NCBI GenBank assembly: GCA_030141605.1
Contig: JAQGDQ010001878.1
Span: 1-22,626 of the forward strand
Source of the DNA: Tubiluchus corallicola
Lineage: Eukaryota > Animalia > Priapulida
Direction of reading: 5' to 3'
Length of the DNA: 22,626 nucleotides
In this document: positions 1 to 10,699 of the stretch, in pieces
Layout: each line of letters opens with the position of its first letter
How positions within the stretch are numbered: the first letter of the stretch is position 1
Position numbers and translations under genes: made by a program
Notes under the pieces: generated by a model
The model's database searches: none
What the model was told of the DNA's origin: nothing
The model's input: the letters and a program-made list of their open reading frames with translations, nothing else

Positions 1-560
1 TATTGTCCTTTCTGTTTGTTGTCTTTGTCTTTTCTGTTTGATGTCTTTGTCCTTTCTGTTTGTTGTCTTTGTCCTTTCTGTTTGTTGTCTTTGTCTTTTC
101 TGTTTGTTGTCTTTGTCTTTTCTGTTTGATGTCTTTGTCTTTTCTGTTTCATGTCTTGTTATTCTGAGTGATGTTTGTAATTTCTGTTTGTTGTTTTGTC
201 CTTTGTGTTGGTTGTCTTTGTCCTTTCTGTTTGTTGCCTTTGTCTTTTCTGTTTGTTGTCTTTGTCCTTTCTGTTTGATGTCTTTGTCTTTTCTGTTTGA
301 TGTCTTTGTCCTTTCTGTTTGTTGTCTTTGTCTTTTCTGTTTGATGTCTTTGTCCTTTCTGTTTGTTGTCTTTGTCCTTTCTGTTGGTTGCTTTGTCTTT
401 TCTGTTTGTTGTCTTTTCTGTTTGATGTCTTTGTCCTTTCTGTTTGATGTCTTTGTCTTTTCTGTTTGATGTCTTTGTCTTTTCTGTTTGTTGTCTTTGT
501 CTTTTCTGTTTGATGTCTTTGTCTTTTCTGTTTGATGTCTTTGTCTTTTCTGTTTCATGT
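1..560. repeat. 22-bp minisatellite, consensus about TCTGTTTG(A/T)TGTCTTTGTC(T/C)TT, truncated by the window start
   Basis: Unit starts recur 22 bp apart (e.g. 121 and 143). The overlapping ORFs 38..469 and 149..652 show a 22-aa periodicity, as expected from a 22-nt unit. One interruption lies at about 150-185. The + strand is almost free of A. Confidence 0.95.
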
Positions 561-974
561 CTGTTAAACGAGCGATGGTAAATAAATCTTGCTTTTGTCC
601 TTTGTGTAATATATTTGGTGACACGAAAAATATGCAAAAAAGTTTTGATCACATTATAAGAAGAAAATAACGAAATAGCTTGAAAATTACCGTACTTATG
701 TTACCGACGCTCATGTACAAAGATAAAAGTTTAGGTCAGTCACTCAAATTTTCCCAAAGATACAGAAGTCGCAAAAAATAATAAATGCCGGAAAATATTA
801 TCTCACTATTAATAAGACTTCCAGCAAGGGTTCTATGTGCCCACCATTTTCACTGCACAATAGACGATAAGACAAATTCCAAAAAAAACTAAGTTCAAGT
901 TTTCTCTTCGCAACAAATCCCTATGAGTGCTTTATGGTCCGTGGTGAATTCACGATGCATTTCTTTATTATTGT

Positions 975-988
975 GCTGCCACCTATTG
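975..988 (-). promoter_or_regulatory. CTCF-like motif (minus strand CAATAGGTGGCAGC)
   Basis: Close to the recalled CTCF core (CCASYAGRKGGCRS). The identical 14-mer recurs at 3490-3503. Motif match only. Confidence 0.3.
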
Positions 989-2780
989 ACTGCTTTACAC
1001 GTGAACGTGGCCGTTTTTTAATGGACGATTAGCTGACATTGTTCCTGTATTTATTTTTTAACATGCAAAAGCTTAAAAATCACTTAAGCTATAAACTTGT
1101 AAGTTTCACAGACGAAAGCTAATATGTTATAACACTACACTGCTAAATTTCAACTTTGTGGGGCACTTGCATCTAATATTACTGCAGTTTGAACTTCATG
1201 GCATTTTCTCTGTCCCCACCACATAGAGCATGTTTTTCGGGAAAATGTGATGACAGTTTCTACGAAATGACGCTACGTCTAAATACACATTTATTTACCC
1301 AACAAAATTCTACATCCGACAACAAATTTGACATCTAAGAAAGCTGTAATCAGTGAAATCAACCGTTACATAAAGTCATAAATGAACACGACAAAGAGCT
1401 ATGTGTTTCAAATACAATTTATTAATGTGTTTTACAGTTAAAAACTGTGTGAATTTGTGCACCTACACAGAGTCTACAAAACGTGCTACATCTAAAGCCT
1501 GTAAGAACCTCAAAACTAAGAAAACAGCCTAGAAAGATACAATAAAAAACAAATTCGTGAGAAAACAGCCTTCTCTACTTTCCTTAATAAAGCGATACAT
1601 GTGGCCTAACGAATCACTAAATTTCTATATAATATTCTAGTTGAAAACTATTCTGATTAGTGAGACAAGTATACATGTAGAATAGCCGGCATTGTAATCA
1701 ATAACAGTACGAATTACTAGTGTGAACAGAGCGGCAAGAAATAGCAAATTTATCACGTATGAACAAGGTCTACGACACTAAATACCAAAGCTAATGTTAC
1801 ACTATCTGGTAGAACAGGGAATGGCGAAGTGATGAGATACAGACATTGATGAAATAATGTAAAAGCGCGTTCACATCACTAAATTTCTGGTTCACACCAG
1901 TAAACCTAACATTTTACGATATAGGTATACAGAAACGGAATGACCAATGATGGCAAAATAGTTGTTTAGTTCATCCATCGCTTATCTACGAGCTCATTGA
2001 AGCTAATATACTGATAATGTTTATGGCACGTGTTTAATGTTCAGCTATTATTGATGCAGATCAAATCAATGCCAGCTAACGACTGCCAGATGAACCGGAC
2101 ATGTGATTCGTCAACTAAACTCATGATATACATGCCTCTATTCAGTTATCTAGTTAGTTACATTGTGGTGACAGGTAAAGCGGATAATCGCATTGCCATT
2201 GCCGCTACTGAAAACACTTGTGGGCTCGCTACAGTTACTGATTCATGTAATAACGTAAGAAATACAATGCATATTAGCTGCAGCAGATAAACAAACTGCT
2301 TTTGCAAATGTACCAAACATTCTAGTACACAAAATAACACATACAATTCTGTACACTTCCAGCAAAGAACAATAAGAAGTCAATATAAATTAAATGCAAA
2401 CATAACAACCAATAGGCCTTCAATAATTAAAATTCACACTACAGCAAACACACACAAAATTGCATACAAACGATGCATTGCATTCAACACACAGCTCACA
2501 AACATTGTGTCACTTTTATTATTTACAACATTATAGGCCTAAAATCTTATCATATAAAGTCGTTGCATGGTGCATGCGCATTACATGAGCAAAAATGCAT
2601 AATTCGATAACTAAAGGTCAGTTTACACTGTGAGTATTTTTTGCAGACCATTTAATAAATACATATGTTCAGCTGGAATGTCCTAATGACTTTGTTAGTA
2701 GTGTGCCGATTGAGCCTTACCAAGATATTTATATGGAACAGAGCCAATTGTTTACTTGAGATAATGCCAAAATCTTTAGC

Positions 2781-2940
2781 TGGAACAGTGCTAAGTTGTC
2801 CAGTTGGAACAGTGCTAAGTTTTCCAGTTGGAACAGTGCTAAGTTGTTCAGTTGTGACATTGCCAAGTTGTTCATTTGGAACATTGCTTAGTTGTTTATT
2901 TCTCAATCGTTACATTGTTCAGTTGGAACAGTGCCAAGTT
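2781..2940. repeat. 24-bp tandem repeat (TGGAACAGTGCTAAGTTGTTCAGT), about 5 adjacent copies plus a partial copy
   Basis: Units start at 2781, 2805, 2829, 2853 and 2877, with a further partial copy at 2924-2940. Degenerate copies lie near 2670 and 2734. Confidence 0.9.
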
Positions 2941-3489
2941 AAAGTTAAGTTGGTAAGCACACAAAAGTCACATTCAAGCTAAAAATTTGGGCTTCACGCT
3001 AAAAACAATTTTTAAAACAACCTAAAACTGGTTATAAGCATGCTAACTGTCTATATGATAAATTATATTCAATGTAATGAACTCTCCCAAGCTACTGTTA
3101 CAATTAAAGCAAACTTCACACAGAACTGGCTTCACATTGGAATGAGTAATGTGAAAAATGTGAAGATGATTTTTCAAACCCAATGCAGCTTTTTTGAGAG
3201 TACATGCTTATTTCTATAGTTCTTCATAGTTTGGAATACTAATACACAGAAAACATATGGGTCAGCTCAGACCATATTTGTTAAGATGCTAACAGCAAAC
3301 ACATGGAGAATTTGTACAATAAAATGCAATTATAAAACTGATTTCGCAGTACTGTTGCACTAGCTAGGCCTACAATATATAATATATGTACATAGACACA
3401 AACAATTAGGTCTGACGATACAAATTGCTATACATGCACATTTTCTTCTAAACTGCATTAAAACTTTATAACATTAACCAACTAAAAGA

Positions 3490-3503
3490 GCTGCCACCTA
3501 TTG
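3490..3503 (-). promoter_or_regulatory. CTCF-like motif, second identical copy
   Basis: GCTGCCACCTATTG, identical to 975-988. Confidence 0.3.
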
Positions 3504-5383
3504 CTAAAATACAAAAACAACAAAATGTTTTTAGTGCACGAAAAAAGCAAAATTGGGTTCTGCGTCTTTCGTTTTTTGCAATGCAAATAACAGTTGTAAT
3601 TTGTAGAATGACATTACATGTCTAAACAGACATTCCTAGACGTAAACTACTCTATGCGAAAAATGCATCTCCGCACTGCCTTATGAGACACCAAGGTTAA
3701 GCGAAGGGTAAAATAATAACAGATATGAATTTAAGATATGGCACTATTTACACTAACAGCTCATTCGTAATCACAATTATGTACCGTTTGCATACAATAC
3801 GCGGTTGAATTTTGAAAATAACTGTACAATTTGTACTTTGCAAACATTAATGCACAAATTTAAACTCCTTTCACATATTAATAATGATGTTCGATTAACC
3901 TTTTACCCGCAGGTCGACAAGCATTATAAAATGTAGTTCACAAGTGCATCTTTTCCACAAGTATATTCTATAATGTCGTGAACAGAGTAAAAAACTTGTA
4001 TGTGTGAATGTAGCTTTACGTTACGCACAGACGCCAAATATCAAACGATAGTCAAGATAAGAAACGATAGTTTCATCATCAAACTGCACACTAACTAACG
4101 GTAACTAATAGCACTAGCTCACTCAGGCGAATTAAGAAATTTCTCCATGTCATGGTCGAAAAAAATCAATATTCTAATCATCTACAAAAAAAACTACAAT
4201 ACATTTTGGCATATACTACTTATAATTTCCACTCAGTGACTAACACCGTGGCTTTATTAAGAAAATTTTTTTGATTATGCTAAATGACTAACAAAGTTTA
4301 AAATCAAAACTGAAGGTTTTGAAAAAAATCTACCAGAGATTTTTTGTTGGCATTACTGATAGCGCAGTTTAACATCAGTTGATACCTGGTAAGTTATTAA
4401 AACTAAATTATGTATATCACATTTTCATTTGCAGTGGAATACTTGGGGGCCCCCATTTACTTTTAACTTTGTGCACAACTATGTACATGATCATTCACAC
4501 AGTGAAATTCTAGAAGGGACATTCTAATCTAATTTCTGAATTCATCAAAGAACTGTATCCGAAAAGCTCAACAATGGTCAACATTTATACAAGGTAAAGA
4601 CATAGCTAAATACGGCAGCTAATTCTAAAAATGCATTTCTATTCATAGAGACAGCGAACCTTCTGGGTTTCTTCCTGTTTTCATTGGCTACTTCCGAACA
4701 AAACTAGTACGGTGTCAGGAGAACCAACCGAGACTTCGGGCTAAACAACCATTTTTATGATTATAGCGCTAATATATAATAGTGTTAATCACGTATTAAC
4801 ACAACATCTTCAATTAAAGGTTTCTAGCAAAGAACTAAATGAACCAAAGTAGCAATCACATTTCAGTACTAATGCACAGGTACATGGAAAGATATGGTAA
4901 AGGAAGAAAGAATTTGCGAAACCATGTAGCATCGTTACGTTGATCTCACCGAGGATGCAATTGCACAATGGCGCGCGGGAGAACCTCACACCAAGTGATG
5001 AGAAAAGTGCACTAGCTAAAGCTGCAGATTATTGATTTTTATCACAACATTAAAGAAGAGGTAATTTTGTTACAAATGTGCTGGGTGGGCACTCATGTGC
5101 CATCAACATCAATTATTGAAAATAAATGCATAAAAATGGTAGTGTTCAGTTTTTTTGAACTAAAATAAATAAGTAATTATCAATGGGCCGCAAATGTGCC
5201 TATGTTATTAGGGGCAGTGATATTAGATATGACACTGATTAAAAACATAACTTTGACAATATCAAAAACTTCTTGACTGCATACTTTCATTCGTATTTCT
5301 ATGCACTCCTACATCGTCTCTGCTCACAGAGGATGCCCTTGTGTCGTTCTTTAGAAAATCACAGAAGACGGACTTGTCATCTT

Positions 5384-8300
5384 TCAAGAAGCTGCAAAAG
5401 TTGCTCTTGTGTCTACGGGCGATGTACAAGTGGACCTTTTTCGTGGCGACTTTTTTTTGAGTTCAATTCTCTGTTTTAACCTTTCGATAATGTCGGCCAA
5501 TTCGACGGCGTCGTATCGATGAAAGAGACGACATGATTTGAGATTCTTCCTCTTGCTGATGTACGGAACTGCATGTTCCAGACACAGGTAATTCTGCTCC
5601 TGTTCATTTAACACAAGCGACACGTATGGGATGCATCGGCATATGTTGCAGTGATGTTGCTCTTCTTCCAGTGCCAACTTGCGACTGCTTTTGGATTGCT
5701 TGCCCTCCGAATTCACATCTCCGGGTAGACTAAGACGTTCCGAACCTTTTAGTCCAAGTGCGAATAGCTGTCTTCTGTAGTTAATCTCGTTTTCGTACAT
5801 CTCCGACAAGATGGGATGCACGTATTCGAGAGCTTCGAGAGACGTGCGGGAATCGAGGGCAAGTTGAAGGACTAGCTGCTGAAAGGACATGCTGGGAGCT
5901 CGACACTTCTGCTGCAGCTGCTTGATGGCAGCGTGACCGCAAGGTAACCAATCAGCACGAGCGAAACAAACTTTTTCCGCGACAGAATAGCCACAGCACA
6001 CAGATGCCGAGTACGAATGTGGAAATGTAACAACAAACTGTCCAGGTTCAGCAACAGCTCTGCAAACAGAGACACGATTTGACGTAAGCACACTCGGTGG
6101 AACCATGCACGTATCAAACACTGCATCAACACCTTGGTGTTCCTCCAGAAATGTTTTGTGCATAAGCTCTTCAAATGTTTTACAATGGGTCTGTGGTATA
6201 GTGTAAAAGATCCTTTTTGACCCGGTATGTATATACTGAACAGAAGAAAGCAATAGCTGATCCCGCGACCAGCAGCGAGTGGAGAACAGCATGCCAACGT
6301 CCACGTGCGGAACTGTAATTCCCGGAACAGCGATTGGTCGCAATACGGATGCATGACTATGACCTAGTACGTTAAGATTCCAGCCATGACGAGAGAATGG
6401 CGAGTCTTTGCCTGAAGGAAATGCAGATCCCAAAGCAGAACCAGACTGGACCACTACATGCTGCGAGCTTTCACGAAGAATTTTCCAGTAATCTGCTTCT
6501 ATTTCACTCACTGACACTTCTTTTTCTTTCTTGTAGTACATGTTCATAGTGTTTCTCGCTATGCGAAAGAAAGAGTGAAGCGTCATGCCGCTGCCGCGGA
6601 TGAAAGGCCGTAAATCGTTTGCATTTTTATTCTTTTCTTGTTCACTTTTGACCTTTTTTTCCAATGCACCCTTATCCCCTGTAGACAGGGCATCATATGA
6701 CACGAGATACTTGCAATAAGCATCGTACAGCTTTGGGACTTTGTCGTGACAGAACTTCGTGATACCGAGAAAGTCTGATATCTTGACCCACTTCTTTTTC
6801 TGAATGACGTCTTGCATGCCGCCGCACCGTCGCACAGCATCGTAGAACTTTGGCAGGTCGAGCTCAATACCACCAACCAAAGGCTGCGCAAACGTAACTC
6901 CTTCGCTCTCGACTTGACACTTGATACACTCTAATTTCAAATCGCTGGGCCCAAATCGCCTGTACATTCTCTGAAGGTATTGTATCTGAGTAGATATTCT
7001 CATGTCATCGCTGACTTTGCATTCCGGCTTCCAGTCGTCGGGCGGGACTATGACGCACATGCCGTACGGTTCGGCAAGACTACGTATACTCTCAATGTAA
7101 GCCAGCGGATCTTTGAAATCATCGTTGGTCGGACGAAACGTGGGGGCTTTGATGAGTTTGCCCACGTTAACTGCAGGAATTGACTCTTTCGATCTTCTTT
7201 GTGGTGCATCCAAACTGTCTTTGGTAGTGTTTAGTTTTCTAAGTGAGCCCGGGCCTGGTGGTCGACCCCTGCCACGTTTAGCTGTGGGAGATTCTGGAGT
7301 AGAAGAGTTGGCGCAAGTTGTTTTGGAAGCTGATGCAGAGGGCAAATCACCTTCAGTTTTAACTTTCAAAACTTGTGCGTTGAGTGCAGTGGCATTTCCG
7401 ACAGACTGCTCTGGCTGTAGTGTCAGTTCTGACTTTACAGAAATTGTTGCAGAGGCGGGTATGAATACTGTAGGAACAACCTTATTATTGTCAGTCTTTG
7501 GGTCGCCTTTTTTGGTTAGTGGTGGTTTCTTGAGTTCACTGTTTGCAATGGCAGGCTCATTCCTGAGTCGCTTCGCGGGTTTAACAGTGTCACAGTATTT
7601 TTTGGCATAGTTGTGAAAGCTGTCCTGAAATGATTTGAATCCTCCATTCAGTTTCTCCCATCCTCGCTTACGCAAAGACTGCGAGCTGGAAATGGATTTT
7701 AACTGACGCAGTTCGTCCACTTTCCTAAGCGAAAATGGAGCAGTTGGCTCCGAGTTAGCTTTGGTAGGAAGTGTGGTAACAGTTGAATTGGTTTCTGGCT
7801 TTGGCATATTGATTTTGTCAGATGTCGGAGTCGATTGCAAATCTGACTTGGGCAACTTTGCTTGCATTTGAATCATCAGAGCTTCTTCGGCACGACCTTC
7901 TTTTGGTTGTGCTTTATTAGTGGAGTTGCCATTTGTTTGCGTCGCAACAGAACACTTCACAGACTTTCTCTTTCTCTCGGTCGCCACATTCACATTAGCC
8001 TTCCCACTTTGCATATGTAACATAACATTGATGGCTTCTTTCGTGGCGTCAAGGTCAAGCTTGTGCTTCAGGCAGTTTTCTTTCAATTTGGTGTCCTCGG
8101 CATCGGAGATATAATACATCGTAGACAGATCTTGTTTAATACCATTTCTGTGTTTCACGTACGGTACTGGAGATTCACGACTCATGCCCGGTGGATCAGC
8201 CCGCATACGAGGAGAGTGCACAGAACTCGACGAACTTACACACTGGGACTGAATCTCCAGACGTGGACTGGAACGAGTCTTAGATCTAGTTTTCAACCTT

Positions 8301-9478
8301 CGTCTTTTTGGAGACGGTGGTAGGAAGTCCTCTGCAAATTTTCGTGGGGAACGGTCAGCGGAACTGCTGACCGTTGCATCGTTTGAATTCTGCCTACTCT
8401 GGTCTAGCTGTCGCCTGTGTCGCGTCTTAACTGCTCTCTCTTCTAGCATAACTGATATCGGAGCTGCTAGAGGTGCGGCTGCCCATTTTAATAAGCAGTT
8501 CTTGTGAGGCGAACTTGACAAATCCAGGCCAAGACGTCTGGTCATGCTACGGGTTTTTATGAATTTGCACCGTTTTACTGGCATCATTTGCTTCGATTCG
8601 GTCGGTTTCTTTACTATTTGTTGTCGAATCTCAGATGACGTACTCGGCCTTGCCTGACGCGATGGCAACACTTTTAAGGGATGATTCTGTCGTCTTAGTG
8701 GTGGTCGTCCTCGTGTGGGACATTTTACATCATCACTAGATGCCAATGCTTTAGTAGAAGAAGATGCTAGCAACATCATTCGACTGCGAGTTATGCGACC
8801 TTCCACTTTTCTGCTCACAGCTGCGATGGACGCCGGACGAATAATTTTTTCGCAAGGTTTTGACTTGACGGGTGTGATAACTTTTTCAATCTTTCTGCTG
8901 GCTCGATTAATGATTTTATTGACAATTTTCCTAGCTTGCTTACTCTTGCTGTTTGCTTTAAGTTTATCGGGTTTGACGTTCAGCGATCCTGGAGGACGAC
9001 CCGGCTTCCGTTTACTTTTCTCGGCATCCTGACGAATTATGAGCCTCTTCACTGTCACTGTCGGTTTACCCGCCGCTCCGTTCTGCCGCGGAACTGGCCA
9101 CAATTTACTGAGGTCCACGCCGATGTGTTCCGAGAAGCTCGACTGACGTTCCAATTTCGATTGCAACGGTGCCACTCCAAGATCGTCGCACAAGTTCTTC
9201 ACTTCCGCAGAGTTGGTCGATTTCGTCTTAGCGTCTTCGGCGAATGACGTACAACTGACGTAGTTAAACCTTTCCAGCTCCGGCGGAATGTCAGAGGTCC
9301 CACGTAGACACAGGAATGTCAGGAAATCTTCAGTAGATGGCCTGTACTTACAACGTCCGGACGGTGTTGCTGTTTTTGATCGACATTTAGACGGAGTTGT
9401 CGTAGGCGTGGTAGCTGGACTGCTGCGACCACTACTGCTTGGACCCATACCCTGTGCAAATTTCCTCTGTGCGTGAAC
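5384..9478 (-). CDS. Jarid2: Jarid2 / protein Jumonji, last coding exon (1364 aa + stop): QRKFAQ motif, PRC2-binding motif, AT-hooks, JmjN, ARID, inactive JmjC, zinc finger
   Basis: The acceptor ttttatttag|GTT at 9479/9478 extends the 1354-aa ORF by VHAQRKFAQG. Motifs: EDFLTFLCLRG (about 9331-9299); JmjN APTFRPTNDDFKDPLAYI...YGMCVIVPPDDWKP (about 7148-7025); ARID GGIELDLPKFY...GGMQDVIQKKKWVKI...LYDAYCKYLVSYD (about 6880-6690); JmjC GMLFSTRCWSRDQ...FVVTFPHSYSASVCCGYSVAEKVCFA; zinc finger CNIC...YVSLV...LCLEH...LFHRYD. WSRD and DFLTFLCLRG distinguish JARID2 from KDM5. Confidence 0.97.
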   Translation of the reverse strand, partial: VHAQRKFAQGMGPSSSGRSSPATTPTTTPSKCRSKTATPSGRCKYRPSTEDFLTFLCLRGTSDIPPELERFNYVSCTSFAEDAKTKSTNSAEVKNLCDDLGVAPLQSKLERQSSFSEHIGVDLSKLWPVPRQNGAAGKPTVTVKRLIIRQDAEKSKRKPGRPPGSLNVKPDKLKANSKSKQARKIVNKIINRASRKIEKVITPVKSKPCEKIIRPASIAAVSRKVEGRITRSRMMLLASSSTKALASSDDVKCPTRGRPPLRRQNHPLKVLPSRQARPSTSSEIRQQIVKKPTESKQMMPVKRCKFIKTRSMTRRLGLDLSSSPHKNCLLKWAAAPLAAPISVMLEERAVKTRHRRQLDQSRQNSNDATVSSSADRSPRKFAEDFLPPSPKRRRLKTRSKTRSSPRLEIQSQCVSSSSSVHSPRMRADPPGMSRESPVPYVKHRNGIKQDLSTMYYISDAEDTKLKENCLKHKLDLDATKEAINVMLHMQSGKANVNVATERKRKSVKCSVATQTNGNSTNKAQPKEGRAEEALMIQMQAKLPKSDLQSTPTSDKINMPKPETNSTVTTLPTKANSEPTAPFSLRKVDELRQLKSISSSQSLRKRGWEKLNGGFKSFQDSFHNYAKKYCDTVKPAKRLRNEPAIANSELKKPPLTKKGDPKTDNNKVVPTVFIPASATISVKSELTLQPEQSVGNATALNAQVLKVKTEGDLPSASASKTTCANSSTPESPTAKRGRGRPPGPGSLRKLNTTKDSLDAPQRRSKESIPAVNVGKLIKAPTFRPTNDDFKDPLAYIESIRSLAEPYGMCVIVPPDDWKPECKVSDDMRISTQIQYLQRMYRRFGPSDLKLECIKCQVESEGVTFAQPLVGGIELDLPKFYDAVRRCGGMQDVIQKKKWVKISDFLGITKFCHDKVPKLYDAYCKYLVSYDALSTGDKGALEKKVKSEQEKNKNANDLRPFIRGSGMTLHSFFRIARNTMNMYYKKEKEVSVSEIEADYWKILRESSQHVVVQSGSALGSAFPSGKDSPFSRHGWNLNVLGHSHASVLRPIAVPGITVPHVDVGMLFSTRCWSRDQLLLSSVQYIHTGSKRIFYTIPQTHCKTFEELMHKTFLEEHQGVDAVFDTCMVPPSVLTSNRVSVCRAVAEPGQFVVTFPHSYSASVCCGYSVAEKVCFARADWLPCGHAAIKQLQQKCRAPSMSFQQLVLQLALDSRTSLEALEYVHPILSEMYENEINYRRQLFALGLKGSERLSLPGDVNSEGKQSKSSRKLALEEEQHHCNICRCIPYVSLVLNEQEQNYLCLEHAVPYISKRKNLKSCRLFHRYDAVELADIIERLKQRIELKKKSPRKRSTCTSPVDTRATFAAS

Positions 9479-9917
9479 CTAAATAAAATGTAAATAAAAT
9501 TTGCAAAGCTCTATTAGCTTACCGCAAACTCACGGAACAACGATAAAGTCTAAGGTGATGAGAAAGCGGCATCTTGCCAAACCAATCGAAATTGATACCT
9601 GCTATTTCGTTTTTAACTAATTTTGGATGTGATAATGTTCTCTGTATTGTTTATAACAATAATACGTTATTATTGCACCACCTAAAAGCTATTTAAGCAG
9701 GTTTAATTTCGTTAAATTGTCATGATATTAACTTCGGAAAGGTCATAGAACTTAAGATATGCTCTGTAGGGTGATTAGAAGGAAAAAATGTCTTCTAATA
9801 CACACGTTAATTTACAAATGAAATATATAACACTTCTCACTAAGAAAGCTAAATTTTACTTGAATGTAAAACTTTTGATTATGATTTGCAGCATTATCGT
9901 GTATATAGTGCAAAATA

Positions 9918-10279
9918 CATTCGCATCTCGGTTTGCCGGACCTCGCTTTTACGGATAAAGGGAAAAATCGGACAAAATCCGGACCTGCATACTGAGGACA
10001 CAGTCTATTATTTCGCAAGCTGACCACTAGCTGGCAGGTCACTTTGTTAACATCGTTACGTCAGTGTAACCAAGCAGCGTGTAATGACACACGTATAGCT
10101 TGTATGTCAGGAGTAGCCCGTACTAGACGTACTAGACGTACTAGGAGATTGATTCTTCATTACTGTGAGTTTAATACATGGCGCCTACTGTGTTAGCTTA
10201 TTATCGGTAAATACAGACAATCGGCAAATTCAGACCGATTAATTCCCGCTCTTTTGTCCAGCAAACCGAGATATGAGTG
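9918..10279. mobile_element. Tc1/mariner (pogo-like) MITE in Jarid2 intron 2
   Basis: 24-bp TIRs at 9918-9941 (CATTCGCATCTCGGTTTGCCGGAC) and 10256-10279 match at 20/24, and all mismatches are transitions. Flanks are TA on the left and CA on the right (probably a mutated TA). An internal 9-bp tandem (CGTACTAGA x about 3) lies at 10119-10145. Confidence 0.7.
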
Positions 10280-10307
10280 CACATCATATTCGAAACTATG
10301 ATTTTTA

Positions 10308-10410
10308 ATAAATGTATTAAGAAAGTATTAATTTATTTCCCATAAATGTATTAAGAAAGTATTAATTTATTTCCCATAAATGTATTAAGAAAGTATTAAT
10401 TTATTTCCCA
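10308..10410. repeat. 34-bp unit x3 exact tandem repeat (ATAAATGTATTAAGAAAGTATTAATTTATTTCCC)
   Basis: Identical units start at 10308, 10342 and 10376. Confidence 0.95.
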
Positions 10411-10699
10411 ATGGTTAGCAGTAACATTTGAAATGGTTTCAGAGCAAAATTTTTTGAAACTTGTTTTCGTTTCACGTCTAACTTATCGACTGCTATAGTA
10501 GAGTCTCTTTTTCCTACGGTATGAAGCCTCAAATTATTTGTATAAATAGCAGCCCTGTACTCCATTAACTTGAAAAGCATCAACTTTCAAAAAAAAAACA
10601 ATGGCTGACATGATGATGGTTGTGGGTGTACCGGAACATAGGCAATTATCCAGAATAAAATTGCAAAGATTGGATAGTGAAAGAGCACTTTAAAAAAAA

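Larger units (their letters stand above)
1418..5383 (-). other. Putative long 3' UTR of Jarid2 with several candidate poly(A) signals
   Basis: Follows the TGA at 5386-5384, has no credible ORFs, and is U-rich with many TGTA on the minus strand. Minus-strand AATAAA occurs at 4258-4253, 2520-2515, 1423-1418 and 1295-1290. The true 3' end cannot be fixed from sequence. Confidence 0.45.

Noticed and set aside
38-652. ORFs 38..469 (+, hydrophobic/Cys-rich) and 149..652 (-, K/Q/T-rich)
   Set aside because: Both are translations of the 22-bp minisatellite. The unit is not a multiple of 3 and there is no gene context.
560-1290. Possible DNA-transposon fragment
   Set aside because: It looks repeat-like, but I found no TIR pair, TSD or coding remnant in the window.
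2652-2982. ORFs with 8-aa repeats; a CRISPR-like array was also considered
   Set aside because: These are head-to-tail 24-bp repeats without unique spacers, in eukaryotic DNA with no cas genes.
4444-4455. Palindrome TGGGGGCCCCCA
   Set aside because: It is short and loopless, and compatible with chance.
5384-9448. Calling the gene KDM5/Lid, an active H3K4 demethylase
   Set aside because: It has no PHD fingers, the iron ligands are lost (WSRD), and JARID2-specific QRKFAQ and DFLTFLCLRG motifs are present.
9446-9448. ATG at 9448 as the start codon
   Set aside because: The conserved VHAQRKFAQG lies in frame upstream of it, behind a good acceptor, and a JARID2-like N-terminal exon exists at 14226-14077.
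5872-9476. Overlapping antisense and alternate-frame ORFs (e.g. 7113..7610 +, 5872..6354 -, 8715..9032 +)
   Set aside because: They are shadows of the Jarid2 coding exon and have no recognisable motifs.
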